From contig NC_135655.1 of the NCBI RefSeq assembly GCF_964188315.1, positions 106,330,001 through 106,394,000 on the forward strand: DNA of 64,000 bases, in the 5' to 3' direction. The DNA is from Podarcis muralis (taxonomy: Eukaryota). Shown here piece by piece: positions 1 to 11,541 of this stretch (its first letter is position 1; each line of letters opens with the position of its first letter). The notes under the pieces were generated by a model. It searched no databases, was not told where the DNA came from, and worked only from the letters and a program-made list of their open reading frames with translations. The translations under genes and the position numbers were made by a program.

Positions 1-120
1 AATTATTATTATTAGGAAGTGCAGACGACTGGCGCTGACAGACCACCAAAGAGATGATTTGTGGAGCAAAATAAATGGCATCACAAACACATCTGAAGAC
101 AGCCCTGTTTAGGGAAGCTT

Positions 121-216
121 TTAATGTTTAATAGATTATTGTATTTTAATATTCTGTTGAAAGCCACCCAGAGTGGCTGGGGAAACTCAGCTAGATGGGC
201 GGGGTATAAATAATAA

Positions 217-260
<44 letters not shown>

Positions 261-287
261 TACTACTACTACTACTACTACTACTAC
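121..287 (+). mobile_element. LINE (L2-like) 3' end with (ATT)n(ACT)n tail
   Basis: 'gaaagccacccagagtggctggggaaactcagctagatgggcggggtataaataataaatt' runs into a trinucleotide tail, as in common lizard L2-type 3' termini; family assigned by recognition only. Confidence 0.55.
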
Positions 288-795
288 CCTGGACCACCTT
301 GAAAGAAAGGTAAGCCCAACAAAAGCCCTGCACCTGTAAGAATTTTTCTGAGATTTTATCTCCTCATTCATAATTTTCAGATGCAATTTCTTTTCTCATA
401 AATTGGGGAAGAATGCTTGAGGTGGGCAGCGGCGGGAGGGAACGCAGGGGAAATGTTTGGCAGAGCAGTAATAAGGGAGCATTCATTCTTATCTGCTGTC
501 AGTGTGTGAGCCTCCAGTCTCTGAAGAATACAAGCTACAGCGGATACACCCTCCTTCCTTTCCATTCTTCTCATTTCATTTCCTAGCTCTTTTGAATAAG
601 GAAAATAAGAAAATCAGACGATCCGTTCTGTGTGCCTCACATAAAGATGCTCTTGCATCTCTTGCATGTAGGCAGCCAACAGAAAATGAGTACTGCGTTA
701 GAAGAACAGGTGTGTTTTCACTTGGAAGAAAGCAGCAAGAGATATGAAAATGACTTTAACAGCTGGCGAGGAAAAGATATTGAACTTGTGCCAGG

Positions 796-800
<5 letters not shown>

Positions 801-841
<41 letters not shown>
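801..841. repeat. (GT)n microsatellite
   Basis: about 20 perfect GT units. Confidence 0.98.
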
Positions 842-842
<1 letters not shown>

Positions 843-2396
843 TTTTCCTTTGCGAAGGGCTTGCCCAGATGGCATCTTCCCCTATGTCTGGTTTCAACCG
901 GAAATGGGGACGGGGAAATAACTGCAAGAAATAGGTAGCAAGCAGCTCATTGTTTTGTGGCTCATTCCTTCTTTTGGATTCCGCAACCTGTGTGGATCCT
1001 AGCAAACTTGGTTCCGTCATTGGGGGTCAGCACAGTCCCAGTTCCTTGCAGGTGACCCATGCAATGATGGAATTATTCACCACTGAAAGCCAAAGGTCCC
1101 AGTTAAGACAGTCACAATTTCAAACCATTGTGAAATCTTAAAAGATCATAAAATATAAATGATTGTGCTACAAAATTATCATGCCATAAGCAATCGTGTA
1201 ACAAAACAGTGACACTCTGATATCTGATAGCTTTGTAATATCTTGGGTGCTTAAGCTAGGTTTATTAGAGTAGGTTTATTAAATATGTAGGGCCTATACC
1301 ACTTCCCACTAAAAAGTCCCAGAGTGATTTACAAGCAAGTAAAAGATGCAATAATAAAATTATTAAGAAAAGACAGCTGCATATATAAAACAACACAGTC
1401 ATCAATCCCAGGATTTGGGGCAGGCAGGAGTATTCTCATGACACAAAATACTGTACTCCCTTCACCCCAAGGGTTGCAAGAGACACACAAGTTAGGACTT
1501 GTAGCTGTGAACATACACTTGAAAGCAATGGATCTAGATCATGACTACTTCTATCATTTTTTTGCAAACGTCAAGGAAGGTAAAAGACTTTAGAGCACAT
1601 CCACCACACTTGCCCTTCCCACAATTGCGGTGACACAAATCACAGCTGATTTTACAGTATTTGCCCTAGAGAACTGCAGCTGGTATGGTTTGCAATTTCA
1701 AAGCCGTGGCAGCTCTCTGCTGCTGAGAGCATGAAGCACACTTGCTTGTCACTTGCAAAACCTTCTGTCCAGAATCAAGTAATTATAGGAAATCCCTAAT
1801 TCCACTGATTGTTGTTTTCTCCTCACTTAGTCTAGGAATGAAATATGGAAATTGCATGATGACTGCTTGAGAAATTAAGTGATTAACTTTTTATGATGAT
1901 GAAACTGAGCTGACTGGAAGGCTGCTTGTGAAGAATCTCTATTCTCTATTCTCCGCCACAGCTCTCCGCCCCCATCCCCGAACTGTGCAGCTGTGTGAAA
2001 GTCACTAAGCCTAGTGAAATTTCTGCATAGCATTTATCTAGAATATATTTTGAAGATCTATGGATGGCTAAGCAACTGGCTGCCTAGCACCAAACAAAAC
2101 ACACTCAAACCCCTTAAACAAAGAAGACATTTACTCAACAAATGTGTTGAGGCATGTTCACAATTCTTCCTCTTTTGCAGACCTTTATGCAAATACTGTA
2201 TGTAAAAAAACAAATTACCTTGGGCAGGGTTCTCATGTTTATGAATAATCCATAGTTGAATCAGCGAGACACCTTTATTTATATAGTGAAATCTCTATTT
2301 ATTATACTGCATTTGCCATTGTGACAATTTTTACAGTTCAGAATCTCAACTGGCCTGCATGGCTGCTGTTGTGCTAATGGAGATCCTTGTACAGTA

Positions 2397-2638
2397 CAGT
2401 GGTACCTCGGGTTAAGTACTTAATTCGTTCCGGAGGTCCGTTCTTAACCTGAAACTGTTCTTAACCTGAGGCACCACTTTGGCTAATGGGGCCTCCTGCT
2501 GCTGCCGCGCCTCCAGAGCACGATTTCTGTTCTCATCCTGAAGCAAAGTTCTTAACCCGAGGTACTGTTTCTGGGTTAGCAGAGTCTGTAACCTGAAGCG
2601 TATGTAACCTGAAGCGTATGTAACCCAAGGTACCACTG
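2397..2638 (+). mobile_element. Tc1/mariner (Tigger/pogo-like) MITE, family A copy 1
   Basis: TA|cagtggtacctcgggtta ... taacccaaggtaccactg|TA; terminal inverted repeats, TA target duplication, 242 bp, 8 copies in window; this orientation is defined as +. Confidence 0.9.
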
Positions 2639-3536
2639 TATGGGCTTCTGCTAGTGTGACTCATCAGCCCCATTGTTTCACATTTACCACTGAAAACGGG
2701 TACATCCTTATGGGGATTGGCACTATCTACCCTCCAGGTAAGTAGGTCAGTCTTCAGAAGCTCATTCTGGCAAAGATGGAGTCATGTTCTAGATAACTTT
2801 GTCTATAGTCTGCTTAGATATACTGTAGAAGACAGCTACTAAAGAATGCTGCTCATAAGCAGCTGCACGATACTTGTCCCAGCAAAAAGCTCTTAAAGCC
2901 TTCCAGATGAACAATTTAGCATCTGTTAAAGGGCTGTTGCATTTCATCAGCACACAATAAACCTGAAATGCGTTTTTTCTTGCATCCTATCTGTGGCAGG
3001 GGACAGAGTAGTTTTGGTTGGGTTGCCATATTTCATAAAAATATGTGAAAATCCAGACACAAAAGTTGTTGAGCTTTTGCTCTCTTTTCCCCCCTTTCTT
3101 TTTTTGCAAAATCTCCAAACAGGAAATTCATTTCCACCGTGGGTTGCCATGTACCCAGCTATGCTATTGTAGTTCAGAAACAATAAATTTTCCCAACAGA
3201 GCTTCCAGGTAAAGTGGCGATACTGAGGGTGCCATGCCTGAGGGCGTCTAAAATCTTGGAGCCAGCACTGTTCATACCCATACCCATTTATTTTTTTTAA
3301 TCCCCTAGCGTTCTACATGTGAGGACTCATTTAGGCCTTTAAAAAAAATCAGCAAGGCTCTACACCCACACACTGCAACATGACTTCTTCGCCAATCAAT
3401 TATATTTTCATTTGTTTTAGATTAGCCCATGATTTTATGATATTATTGTTTTAGACATGTTGTTAGCCACCACCAGAATCTCATACCCTCCAACATTTCT
3501 CCAATGAAAATTGGGGCATCCTATTCAATACTACTA

Positions 3537-3758
3537 CAGTGGTACCTTGGTTTAAGAACAGCTTACGGTAGTTTATGAACAACTTGTATTAAGAACGCTG
3601 CAAACCAGGAAGTAGGTGTTTTGGTTTGTGAACTTTGTTTTGGAAGTAGAACATGTTCCGCTTCTGCTGCTATGGGAAAGCACGCCTTGTTTTAAGAACG
3701 CTTTGATTTAAGAACGGACTTCCAGAACGGATTAAGTTCGTAAACCAAGGTACCACTG
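3537..3758. mobile_element. Tc1/mariner MITE, related family B
   Basis: TA|cagtggtaccttggttta ... taaaccaaggtaccactg|TA; interior differs from family A. Confidence 0.85.
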
Positions 3759-4721
3759 TACTAATCATCACCATCAGCATCTCAACATTTATAACCCAGC
3801 CATCTGCTTGGGTTGCCAATATATACATTTGGCTGACAAAACAGTACAGTATATAACCATTCAAATGTTGTGTGCATTCAAATGATGTGTGTACTGCAAT
3901 CTCCATTGTCAGCTAAAAGTGGCCTCTTGGTGATTTCCTCCAGGACTAATTCTGAACCATGGCGACATATAAGGCATCTTCTGTGCCCTGGAAAGGGCCA
4001 AGCATTAGTACCTTCTAGAAGCAATATAGGGCTTATTCAAAGTGTGCTCCACCTTATTACTGGTTCCCCAGCCCCACTTTAAAAAACCAAAACAAAACAC
4101 AGAGGAGGTTTAAATGGCTTTTGCATTTCCCAGAACTGTAATGTAAATTTGAAGTCTATATTGGCCAGTATGCATATTAGATTTTTAAATGGCTTTCCTC
4201 CACATGGACATTTAAATGCACAAATCATGCAAGAGAGGCTTTTAATGTGCGAAAACATCTTCGGCAGAAGAGACAGGAGAGGCAAGGTGAAAATTATCAT
4301 ATCCTGGAGACCCACCACTGAAGAGCCAAACAGTTGCTATTTTCCAAACCCTAAATCTTCAAAAGAATTGCAATGTTGGGCTGCCTGCCAATTTAAACAA
4401 TTGCCAGTAGGCCCGATGATCCGGTTGCAATCAAATAGACAGAAAAAAGCAGTAACCACTCAAAAATCTCAAAGAAACAGATTTTACATGTTTAAACAAT
4501 TCCAAAGGAAGACTCCTTCTATACCCAACAATATAAAGAGTAGGAGCATTGTCTGACTTTGAAATGCCACCAAGAATGTCTAACAAATCCAAATGCACTA
4601 TATATCTGAACTGGCCAATTCGGGAGTTGCGTCCAGGTGCTCAGATTGAAGGGTTGGTAAAAAAGAAAAAATGCAAAGTGTGGACTTTGTTTTCATTTAC
4701 AGTCTCTTTCCCCCCACCCTG

Positions 4722-5438
4722 AGATATCATAGAGTTGGAAGGGACCCTGAGGATCATCTAGTCCAACCCCCTGCAAGACAGGACTATGCAGCTGTCCCAT
4801 ATGGCAGTGGTTTTCAACCAGTGTGTCACGGCACCCTGGCCTATGTCCCTCTTTCTTTCCTTCCTTCCCTCCCTCCTCTGATGCCCTCTGACATCTGTGC
4901 CTCCCAAAGGCTTGCACGACTCTTTGTTGCAACAGCCCTGGCTACAAGCTCCCCAGGCGAGTGGTGCCTCTGGGGCTAGCCAGGGGGTGCTGGTTGCAGG
5001 AGCTGATGCGGCCTAAGCAAGCGGGCGAAAAAGCCCAGCCAGCCAGTCTACCAGCCCTTGCTGTTGGGAATGTACAGACACGTCCCATGTCCCCATGGGG
5101 CAGTGTGAGGAGGCACCTCTCTTTGGGGCGGGGGGGGGGAGCTCAGAGACCAAGGGCAGCAGCAGCGGCTGCCCAGAGGACTCCCAAGGAGAAGGGAGAG
5201 GAGAGGAGGCTGAGGGAACACTCCACAAGGGAGGGTGTTCAAAAAAGGGTGAGAGACTGCCAGCTCTGCAGGCAAAGAAAGGGTGACATAACTGGGCTCC
5301 TGAGCCCCACAAGGTGCCACAGAAAGAATGTCGTTGGTCAAGGGAGCTGTGGACTCAAAAAGCCTGAAAACTTCTGCCATTCAGGGCTCGAACTTGCAAC
5401 CTTGGCGCTATCAGCACCACACACTAACCAACTGAGCT
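4722..5438 (-). mobile_element. tRNA-Ile-derived SINE with CR1-like tail, split by a hAT insertion
   Basis: Reverse complement of 5382-5438 resembles tRNA-Ile (agctcagttggttag..tggtgctgatagcgccaaggttgcaagttcgagccc); 4722-4804 is the CR1-type tail (tcatagagttggaagggaccctgaggatcatctagtccaacc). Confidence 0.7.
4805..5376. mobile_element. non-autonomous hAT-like DNA transposon
   Basis: Ends cagtggttttcaacc / gcctgaaaacttctg; degraded 8-bp flanks ccatatgg / ccattcag. Confidence 0.6.
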
Positions 5439-7130
5439 GTACAGGATATCCAAGTGAGCTATTCTCACTATGTTAATTTAGAACACCTTCACCGTCTTAC
5501 ATGTGCTAAAGGAAAGGTGCCATTTCCCACGAAATGTACCGTAATTCACACATTCATGTTCATCACTTGCTGGCTGTAACATCAAATGAAGACTTGCATG
5601 TGTGAACGAACCCTTGGCAAACATAGCACTGAAGAAATAAAGTTTGCATCGAGGTTTTTAGTATCATATATTCAATTTTTTTTAAGCACACAAAATGTCG
5701 TCTACAAGTACTTGCAGGTTTTAACATGTAATATGTGAATCTGACCTTAATATATAATTATTATTTGCCCTGTTGTCTGATTTGGAGAGCATTGTGATTA
5801 CTTTGATAATACATATATTTAGGGGGTGGGGTAATTCCTCTGTACTACTGCACTGCTGTTATGTGTGGCCTTTCTGAAGTGCATGAGATTCTTTCCTGGT
5901 CTAGAGTCGTCTACTTACAGCTTGTTTTCACTTTAAATTCTCATTTAGAGAGAACATGTTTCATAATGATTGGCTGTCTGTGGCTACATACAAGGAAGTT
6001 CTCAAGTGGGGGATTTCTCAGTGGAAGTTCCCATCTAACGTCAGTCATAAACTAAACAGGACACTGCCTGAGTTGTACTTTTCTTAAGTTCCTGGGGAGA
6101 AAGCTTTCCGATTCTGTGAACATTATCTACTTTGTTATTATTAGGAACGGAGGCAAAATTAAAAGGTTCATCAAGAGATTACGTGCAAGGTAACCAAAAT
6201 ATTTCTTTGTATATAACCCATAAACAAAGACTGTTTGGTGCTGCTGAAATATACGGTGTGAAGTTAGCAGTATGCTGCCTTGTATCAAGTCACTATTTTG
6301 AAGAAAGGGCATGGGATATTAATTTTAACTGATCTGGTGCTTCTGTTAAAGTAATTAAAGTTGGGCTCGTCTTTTGATTCTTAACCTTTGTGCCCACCCA
6401 TAGGCTACGAAAATGAGGTTGCAGTCTTAAACACATTTGACTAGGAAGGAAGTCCCATTGAACTTAGTGGATTTACTTTTCAGTAAACACAACTGGGGCT
6501 GTGCATTGACAGCAGCCTCACAAATATAGCATGTTAAAATTCAATAGGTTGCCTCGGTAAATCCATTCTCTGCTTTAAACAAGTTATAATTGTTTTTGTT
6601 AAGATTGGATATATCCCTTCTCCTCCTAATATGAACTTCCTGTGGGTCTCCATTGGAATCAAATTTTACTCATCCTCTAGCACTGAGACTTATATATGTG
6701 TTCTGCTCAGTCATCACAATTCTGGTACAATCATGCATAACACTGTGGACATGATTTGTGTGCTGTTTTTATGGTGATGCCTTATGGTAGTTTAGTACTA
6801 GAGCACAGGGGTCTTGCTAGGTACTTAAAAAACTAGAGGACCAGGCCCGTGACACAAATGTACATAAAACTTTCACATGATAATTTATACATAGAGATAC
6901 CCCTGGAAAATTAAGGTGGTTGGTGGTTGAGGTCTCACTAACACTGTACTTGACGTGTGCACAACTGTCCTATAAATTGCTTATGCTCAAGAAACATTTT
7001 TTTAAAACACATACATTTTAACAGAGATGGAGAAGTACAACCCATCCCATAATAACAGCACATCCCTGGACTAGGATTAGTAATGATATTTTACAGTGAT
7101 TTAGTACTAGGAGAACATCTATAATAATAA

Positions 7131-7487
7131 AAGGTAAAGGTACCCCTGCCCGTACGGGCCAGTCTTGACAGACTCTAGGGTTGTGCGCCCATCTCACTCA
7201 AGAGGCCGGGGGCCAGCGCTGTCCGGAGACACTTCCGGGTCACGTGGCCAGCGTGACATCGCTGCTCTGGCAAGCCAGAGCCGCACACGGAAACGCCATT
7301 TACCTTCCCGCTAGTAAGCGGTCCCTATTTATCTACTTGCACCCAGGGGTGCTTTCGAACTGCTAGGTTGGCAGGCGCTGGGACCGAGCAGCGGGAGCAC
7401 ACCCCGCCGCGGGGATTCGAACCGCCGACCTTTCGATCGGCAAGCCCTAGGTGCTGAGGCTTTTACCCACAGCGCCACCCGCGTCCC
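7131..7487 (-). mobile_element. full-length Sauria SINE (Squam1-type)
   Basis: Minus strand begins gggacgcgggtggcgctgtgg (A box), has ggttcgaatcc (B box), typical body and ACCTTT-type tail; ~357 bp. Confidence 0.9.
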
Positions 7488-7994
7488 TTTTATAATATAA
7501 TAATATAGTATTATAATAATACTGAGCTTTTAATGCAGATGTAACATTATACTAGACACAACCCATCAGGAAGCACTGTCAGATTTATTGCACTACTCCC
7601 AATTGTTACAAGGGGGCTGGCACAAGAGAACTTGCCAGTGGATTATGCTCAATCGTTGGTGGGAAGAAGCAAGTTAGAGATTTGTCCTACCACTCTCCCT
7701 AAGGCAGGGATTGGGAAGCCTTTTTGGTCCAGAGCACCGGATCTTTATCTCCTATGGGCTAATTTTGACAGATAGGCAGAAACACCAACCTGTCAATCAT
7801 CTGGCATCATAAGGGCCTAAATTATACCATTCCAACCATTTTTGTTATATAACTACTGTGGTGGACAGGTACAGATGAGTGCAAAAAATCATCACTTTAC
7901 TCACATCCATCACACTAAAGTAAGACTGTACTCCTATGCATACTTCACCTGAAACTAAGCCCCCACTGCTTTGGTACTTCTAAGTCAACATGTA

Positions 7995-8160
7995 CCATAT
8001 TTTTCCGTGTATAAGACTAGGTTTTTTTCCTTAAAAATAATGTCAAAAATTAGGGGGCGTCTTATACACGGGGCCATCTCCCCCCATTTTCTTAAATCTG
8101 AGTCCCCAAAAATAGGGGGCGTCTTATACATGGGGGCATCTTATAGACGGGAAAATACTG
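7995..8160. mobile_element. Tc2/pogo-like MITE
   Basis: TA|ccatatttttccgtgtataagac ... gtcttatagacgggaaaatactg|TA; related to 29074-29503. Confidence 0.75.
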
Positions 8161-8487
8161 TAAGTTGACTGTGGATGCCACATAGTTAAAGCTGCACTGT
8201 ACCTTGGACTCCCATTGATCTTGATAAGAGAGACAACACATGCCTAAACCTCTGTATCTGAATTATGAATGTTTAGATTAGGACCTGGATTTTACTAGAT
8301 AGAATGTTGGACATTATTTTATTTTTGCTTCACATAAGATGGATGATGTTACCATTATTAGACAGAAGAGTTTTTGTGGGGTAGGAGACATTTATCCACC
8401 TGATGTGGGCCATCTAGTGTTTGAAAATGTGGATAGAGGATGGGCTATTAATGAGTTCCATCCCAAATGTATTTTTTTATATATATA

Positions 8488-8713
8488 CAGTGGTACCTCG
8501 GGTTACAGACGCTTCAGGTTACAGATGCCGCTAACCCAGAAATAGTACCTCGGGTTAAGAACTTTACTTCAGGATGAAAACAGAAATTGTGTGGTGGTGG
8601 CGCAGTGGCAGCAGGAGGCCCCATTAGCTAAAGTGGTACCTCAGGTTAAGAACAGTTTCAGGTTAAGAACGGACCTCCATAATGAATTAAGTTCTTAACC
8701 CAAGGTACCACTG
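8488..8713 (-). mobile_element. Tc1/mariner MITE family A copy 2
   Basis: Same TIRs, opposite orientation to copy 1, inserted after a TA run. Confidence 0.9.
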
Positions 8714-9269
8714 CATAGAAAGCACCATGTGCTACTGTGAAGACACTAAGGAGGAAACGTCTTAAAACTTTTCCCAAACAACTAGAGAAACTATGCCAAT
8801 TATGGCAGATTGTGCATGCATTTGGGAACCCATTTATTAATTTTTTTAAATCATCTATTTGCATGATGGTCATGCTAATGTTCCAACCCATTTTGCATTA
8901 CGATGTAGCCCAGTAATGGGTCCCAACCCACCTGCTGAAGTCTAGTGCAGTAGTGTCACTGGGCCGTATGAGCTCTGATGAGCTCTCTGTTGCAATGAGG
9001 CAAATCAAGACTGATCTGGCTGGTCAAACAGTTGCAAGGATGGTGCGGGGAGCAACAACTGAGCAGGAAGCAAGCAAGTAACCCCGTTTCAAATCCCACC
9101 AGGGCATAATTACATCTGTGCACCACATTGCAGGGGTGGGTATGTGTGGCCTCCAGATGTTGGTTCCCCAACCCACATCTCCTTTCTCTTTTCGTCTTCT
9201 CTGTTCCCCATTGGACGGTGCATCAGTTAGGACTGAGCCTAGGAGGCTCTCCTCTGCACAGCACTGCAG

Positions 9270-9279
9270 GGGAACTTCC
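9270..9279 (+). promoter_or_regulatory. canonical NF-kB site GGGAACTTCC
   Basis: Exact match to GGGRNNYYCC about 450 bp upstream of the inferred TANK start; function not shown. Confidence 0.45.
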
Positions 9280-9449
9280 AGACACCTGGACCATCCAGAT
9301 GTCAATGAACTCAGACTCCCATCTGCCCCGGCCAGCAGGGCCAACAGCCAAGGACGAAGCGCCTGGGCTGCATCCACCCCTGACTCAAGAGCAAGGGGGC
9401 AAACAAGGCGCTTTCGCCTTCACGCTTTCCAGGCGGGCTTGGATCGAGT

Positions 9450-10330
9450 CCGACGAACTTAGCTAGAAGGGAGGAGACGCAGGGAAAGGACTGGAAAGCA
9501 GCCAGCGGTGTGCGGACTGCGGCCAGGAGCAGCCAGGCAGTCGCCCTCTTCTTTTTCTTGGGCGAAGGCAGCAGCAGCGGGGGATCTGGCCCGTGGAAAG
9601 GGGGGAGAGGAGGCGGCCCTAGACGGGCGGGGACCGGCTCTGGGACCTCACCCCGCTGACCCCGCTTGGGCAAGGCGATCTCGGAGGCGCCGCGCGCAAT
9701 TTTACGCGCCCAGTCACATGGCCCGCGGAAGGCAGCAGGAAGTGGATTGTGGTTCCTGGGTTGCGCGTCAGGGCCGCCGCTTTGCGCCCGGGCGCTTGGA
9801 GAGGCGAGCAGAGCGGAGGTGGCTGCGAAATCCGTGAGTTTCCTTGCCTTTGTAAGTAGCCCGCTGTATCCCAGGCTGAGCAAACGAGGGCGATCGCCCT
9901 TCTCCTCTCTGTTACCAGCTATCGCCAAACGCTTCACCTCCTTTTTGTAGTTGTCCCTTGCCCTCCTTTAACCCTCTGCGCTTCTGAACGAGCATTTCCG
10001 CGACAAAAAAAGTGTGGCGCTCAGCCGCATCTCAGAAAAGCTGGCGCGTGTTTCTCAAAACGGCGCGATCATAAACTTGTTTACTTCTCTTTCCCCTTTT
10101 CTTTTTGTAAGCCTGGATTTAGTCGGAGGGATCTGCTTCCAAACTCAGTGTGCATGGGAATGCCGCCTAACTAGTGTTGATTTTTCTTCTCCGCGCGCAC
10201 AACTTCCAAAAAAAAAAAAAAACCACTTCCCGGCGTCTTTCTGCTCACTAACTCGGCCTGAAGAAGTTTGAAGGGCTACTTTCAGTGCGTCTGTCGCTCA
10301 TGCATTTCCTTAGAAGGGCGGAAGTGCCCA
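9450..10330 (+). promoter_or_regulatory. TANK: CpG island / TANK promoter
   Basis: High GC and CpG; GC box 9625-9632, E-box gtCACATG 9713-9720, ETS caggaagt 9736-9743, second ETS cggaagtg 10319-10326; only CpG island upstream of the first coding exon. Confidence 0.8.
9718..9833 (+). other. TANK: putative TANK exon 1 (5' end uncertain)
   Basis: Consensus donor cc|GTGAGT at 9834 inside the CpG island; second donor-like GTAAGT at 9852; TSS not determinable from sequence. Confidence 0.6.
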
Positions 10331-11056
10331 GGGAGGAAGAAAACACACGCATGCAAACAGAGGGACAGGCAGGCGTTTAGGTGGCTGTTTCTGTCCAGAG
10401 AGCCAGCTGCACCTGGAACAAGAAAGGACTGGGTGGGTTCTGGGTTGGCCCCTTAAGTAAGAGAAAAGGAATTGGGTGTTTTAATGTGTGTGTGCCCTTC
10501 ACAGGAACAGAAGGGCAAGGGACAGGGAAAGCTTCCTGTTGGTTGTTTTCGAGGCTGTTTTGTGCAAAAGCCCTGTGAGAAAATCACGTTCATCTCTTGT
10601 GAGCTCAGATGACATAAAGTGTGCCTCCCATCCCCCCTTTCTCCTTCACGTCATCGCTCACAACTGGAACTGGAATCCAGAGTGGAAGATTGTAAAAGTG
10701 GACAGGTCCACTGACAAGACGAAAGACAAAGAATTCTGAATTCGTCCTGAGTATCTTTCATTTGAAGTTGGCTCCCCTGATGTCATGGTAATGATTGACA
10801 AGTGGGGGGGTGGGGTTTGCTGACTGCATTGTAGTGCCCAACTCTGTCCGGTTGGGACCTGGAAGGCTAGGTTTCCAATCATGACTCGCCCACAAAGCTC
10901 TCTAGGTGATCTTGGGCCAGTTGCTACCTTTCAACCTAACCCTACCTCACAGGGGTTTGTGAGGATGAAATAGGGAGGAGAAGTGTGTACACCACCTTGA
11001 GTTCCTTGGAGGAAAGGTGTGACATAAATGGAGTAAATAACCTAAAATATTAAATA

Positions 11057-11541
11057 CACTGGTACCTCGGGTTACCTCCTGCCAACCTAGCAGTTCGAAA
11101 GCACGTCAAAGTGCAAGTAGATAAATAGGTACCGCTCCGGGGGGAAGGTAAATGGTGTTTCCGTGCGCTGCTCTGGTTCGCCAGAAGCGGCTTAGTCCTG
11201 CTGGCCACATGACCCGGAAGCTGTACGCCGGCTCCCTCGGCCAGTAAAGCGAGATGAGCGTCGCAACCCCAGAGTCGGCCACGACTGGACCTAATGGTCA
11301 GGGGTCCCTTTACCTTTACCTTACCTCGGGTTACATATGCTTCAGGTTACAGACTCCGCTAACCCAGATATATTACCTCGGGTTAAGAACTTTGCTTCAG
11401 GATGAGAACAGAAATCGTGCAGCTGCGGTGCGGCAGCAGCAGGAGGCCCCATTAGCTAAAGTGGTGCTTCAGGTTAAGAACAGTTTCAGGTTAAGAACAG
11501 ACCTCCAGAACTAATTAAGTTCTTAACCTGAGGTACCACTG
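11057..11541 (-). mobile_element. MITE family A copy 3, interrupted by a SINE
   Basis: TA|cactggtacctcgggtta ... aggtaccactg|TA; body matches family A after 11322. Confidence 0.88.
11076..11321 (+). mobile_element. 5'-truncated Sauria SINE nested in the MITE TIR
   Basis: Sauria body ending tttacctttacct; 13-bp target duplication tacctcgggttac at 11063-11075 and 11322-11334. Confidence 0.9.

Noticed and set aside
2412-2636. Recurring small ORFs of the type MVPQVTYASGYIRFRLQTPLTQK (also 11254, 13927, 17261)
   Set aside because: They are chance translations of the same non-coding MITE, not a peptide family
7400-7487. tRNA-like sequences (also 5382-5438, 25104-25180, 61650-61712)
   Set aside because: They are SINE heads joined to SINE bodies or tails and lack a complete cloverleaf; not tRNA genes
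9311-9937. 208-aa minus-strand ORF over the promoter
   Set aside because: Low-complexity product expected from GC-rich, stop-poor DNA; no recognisable domain
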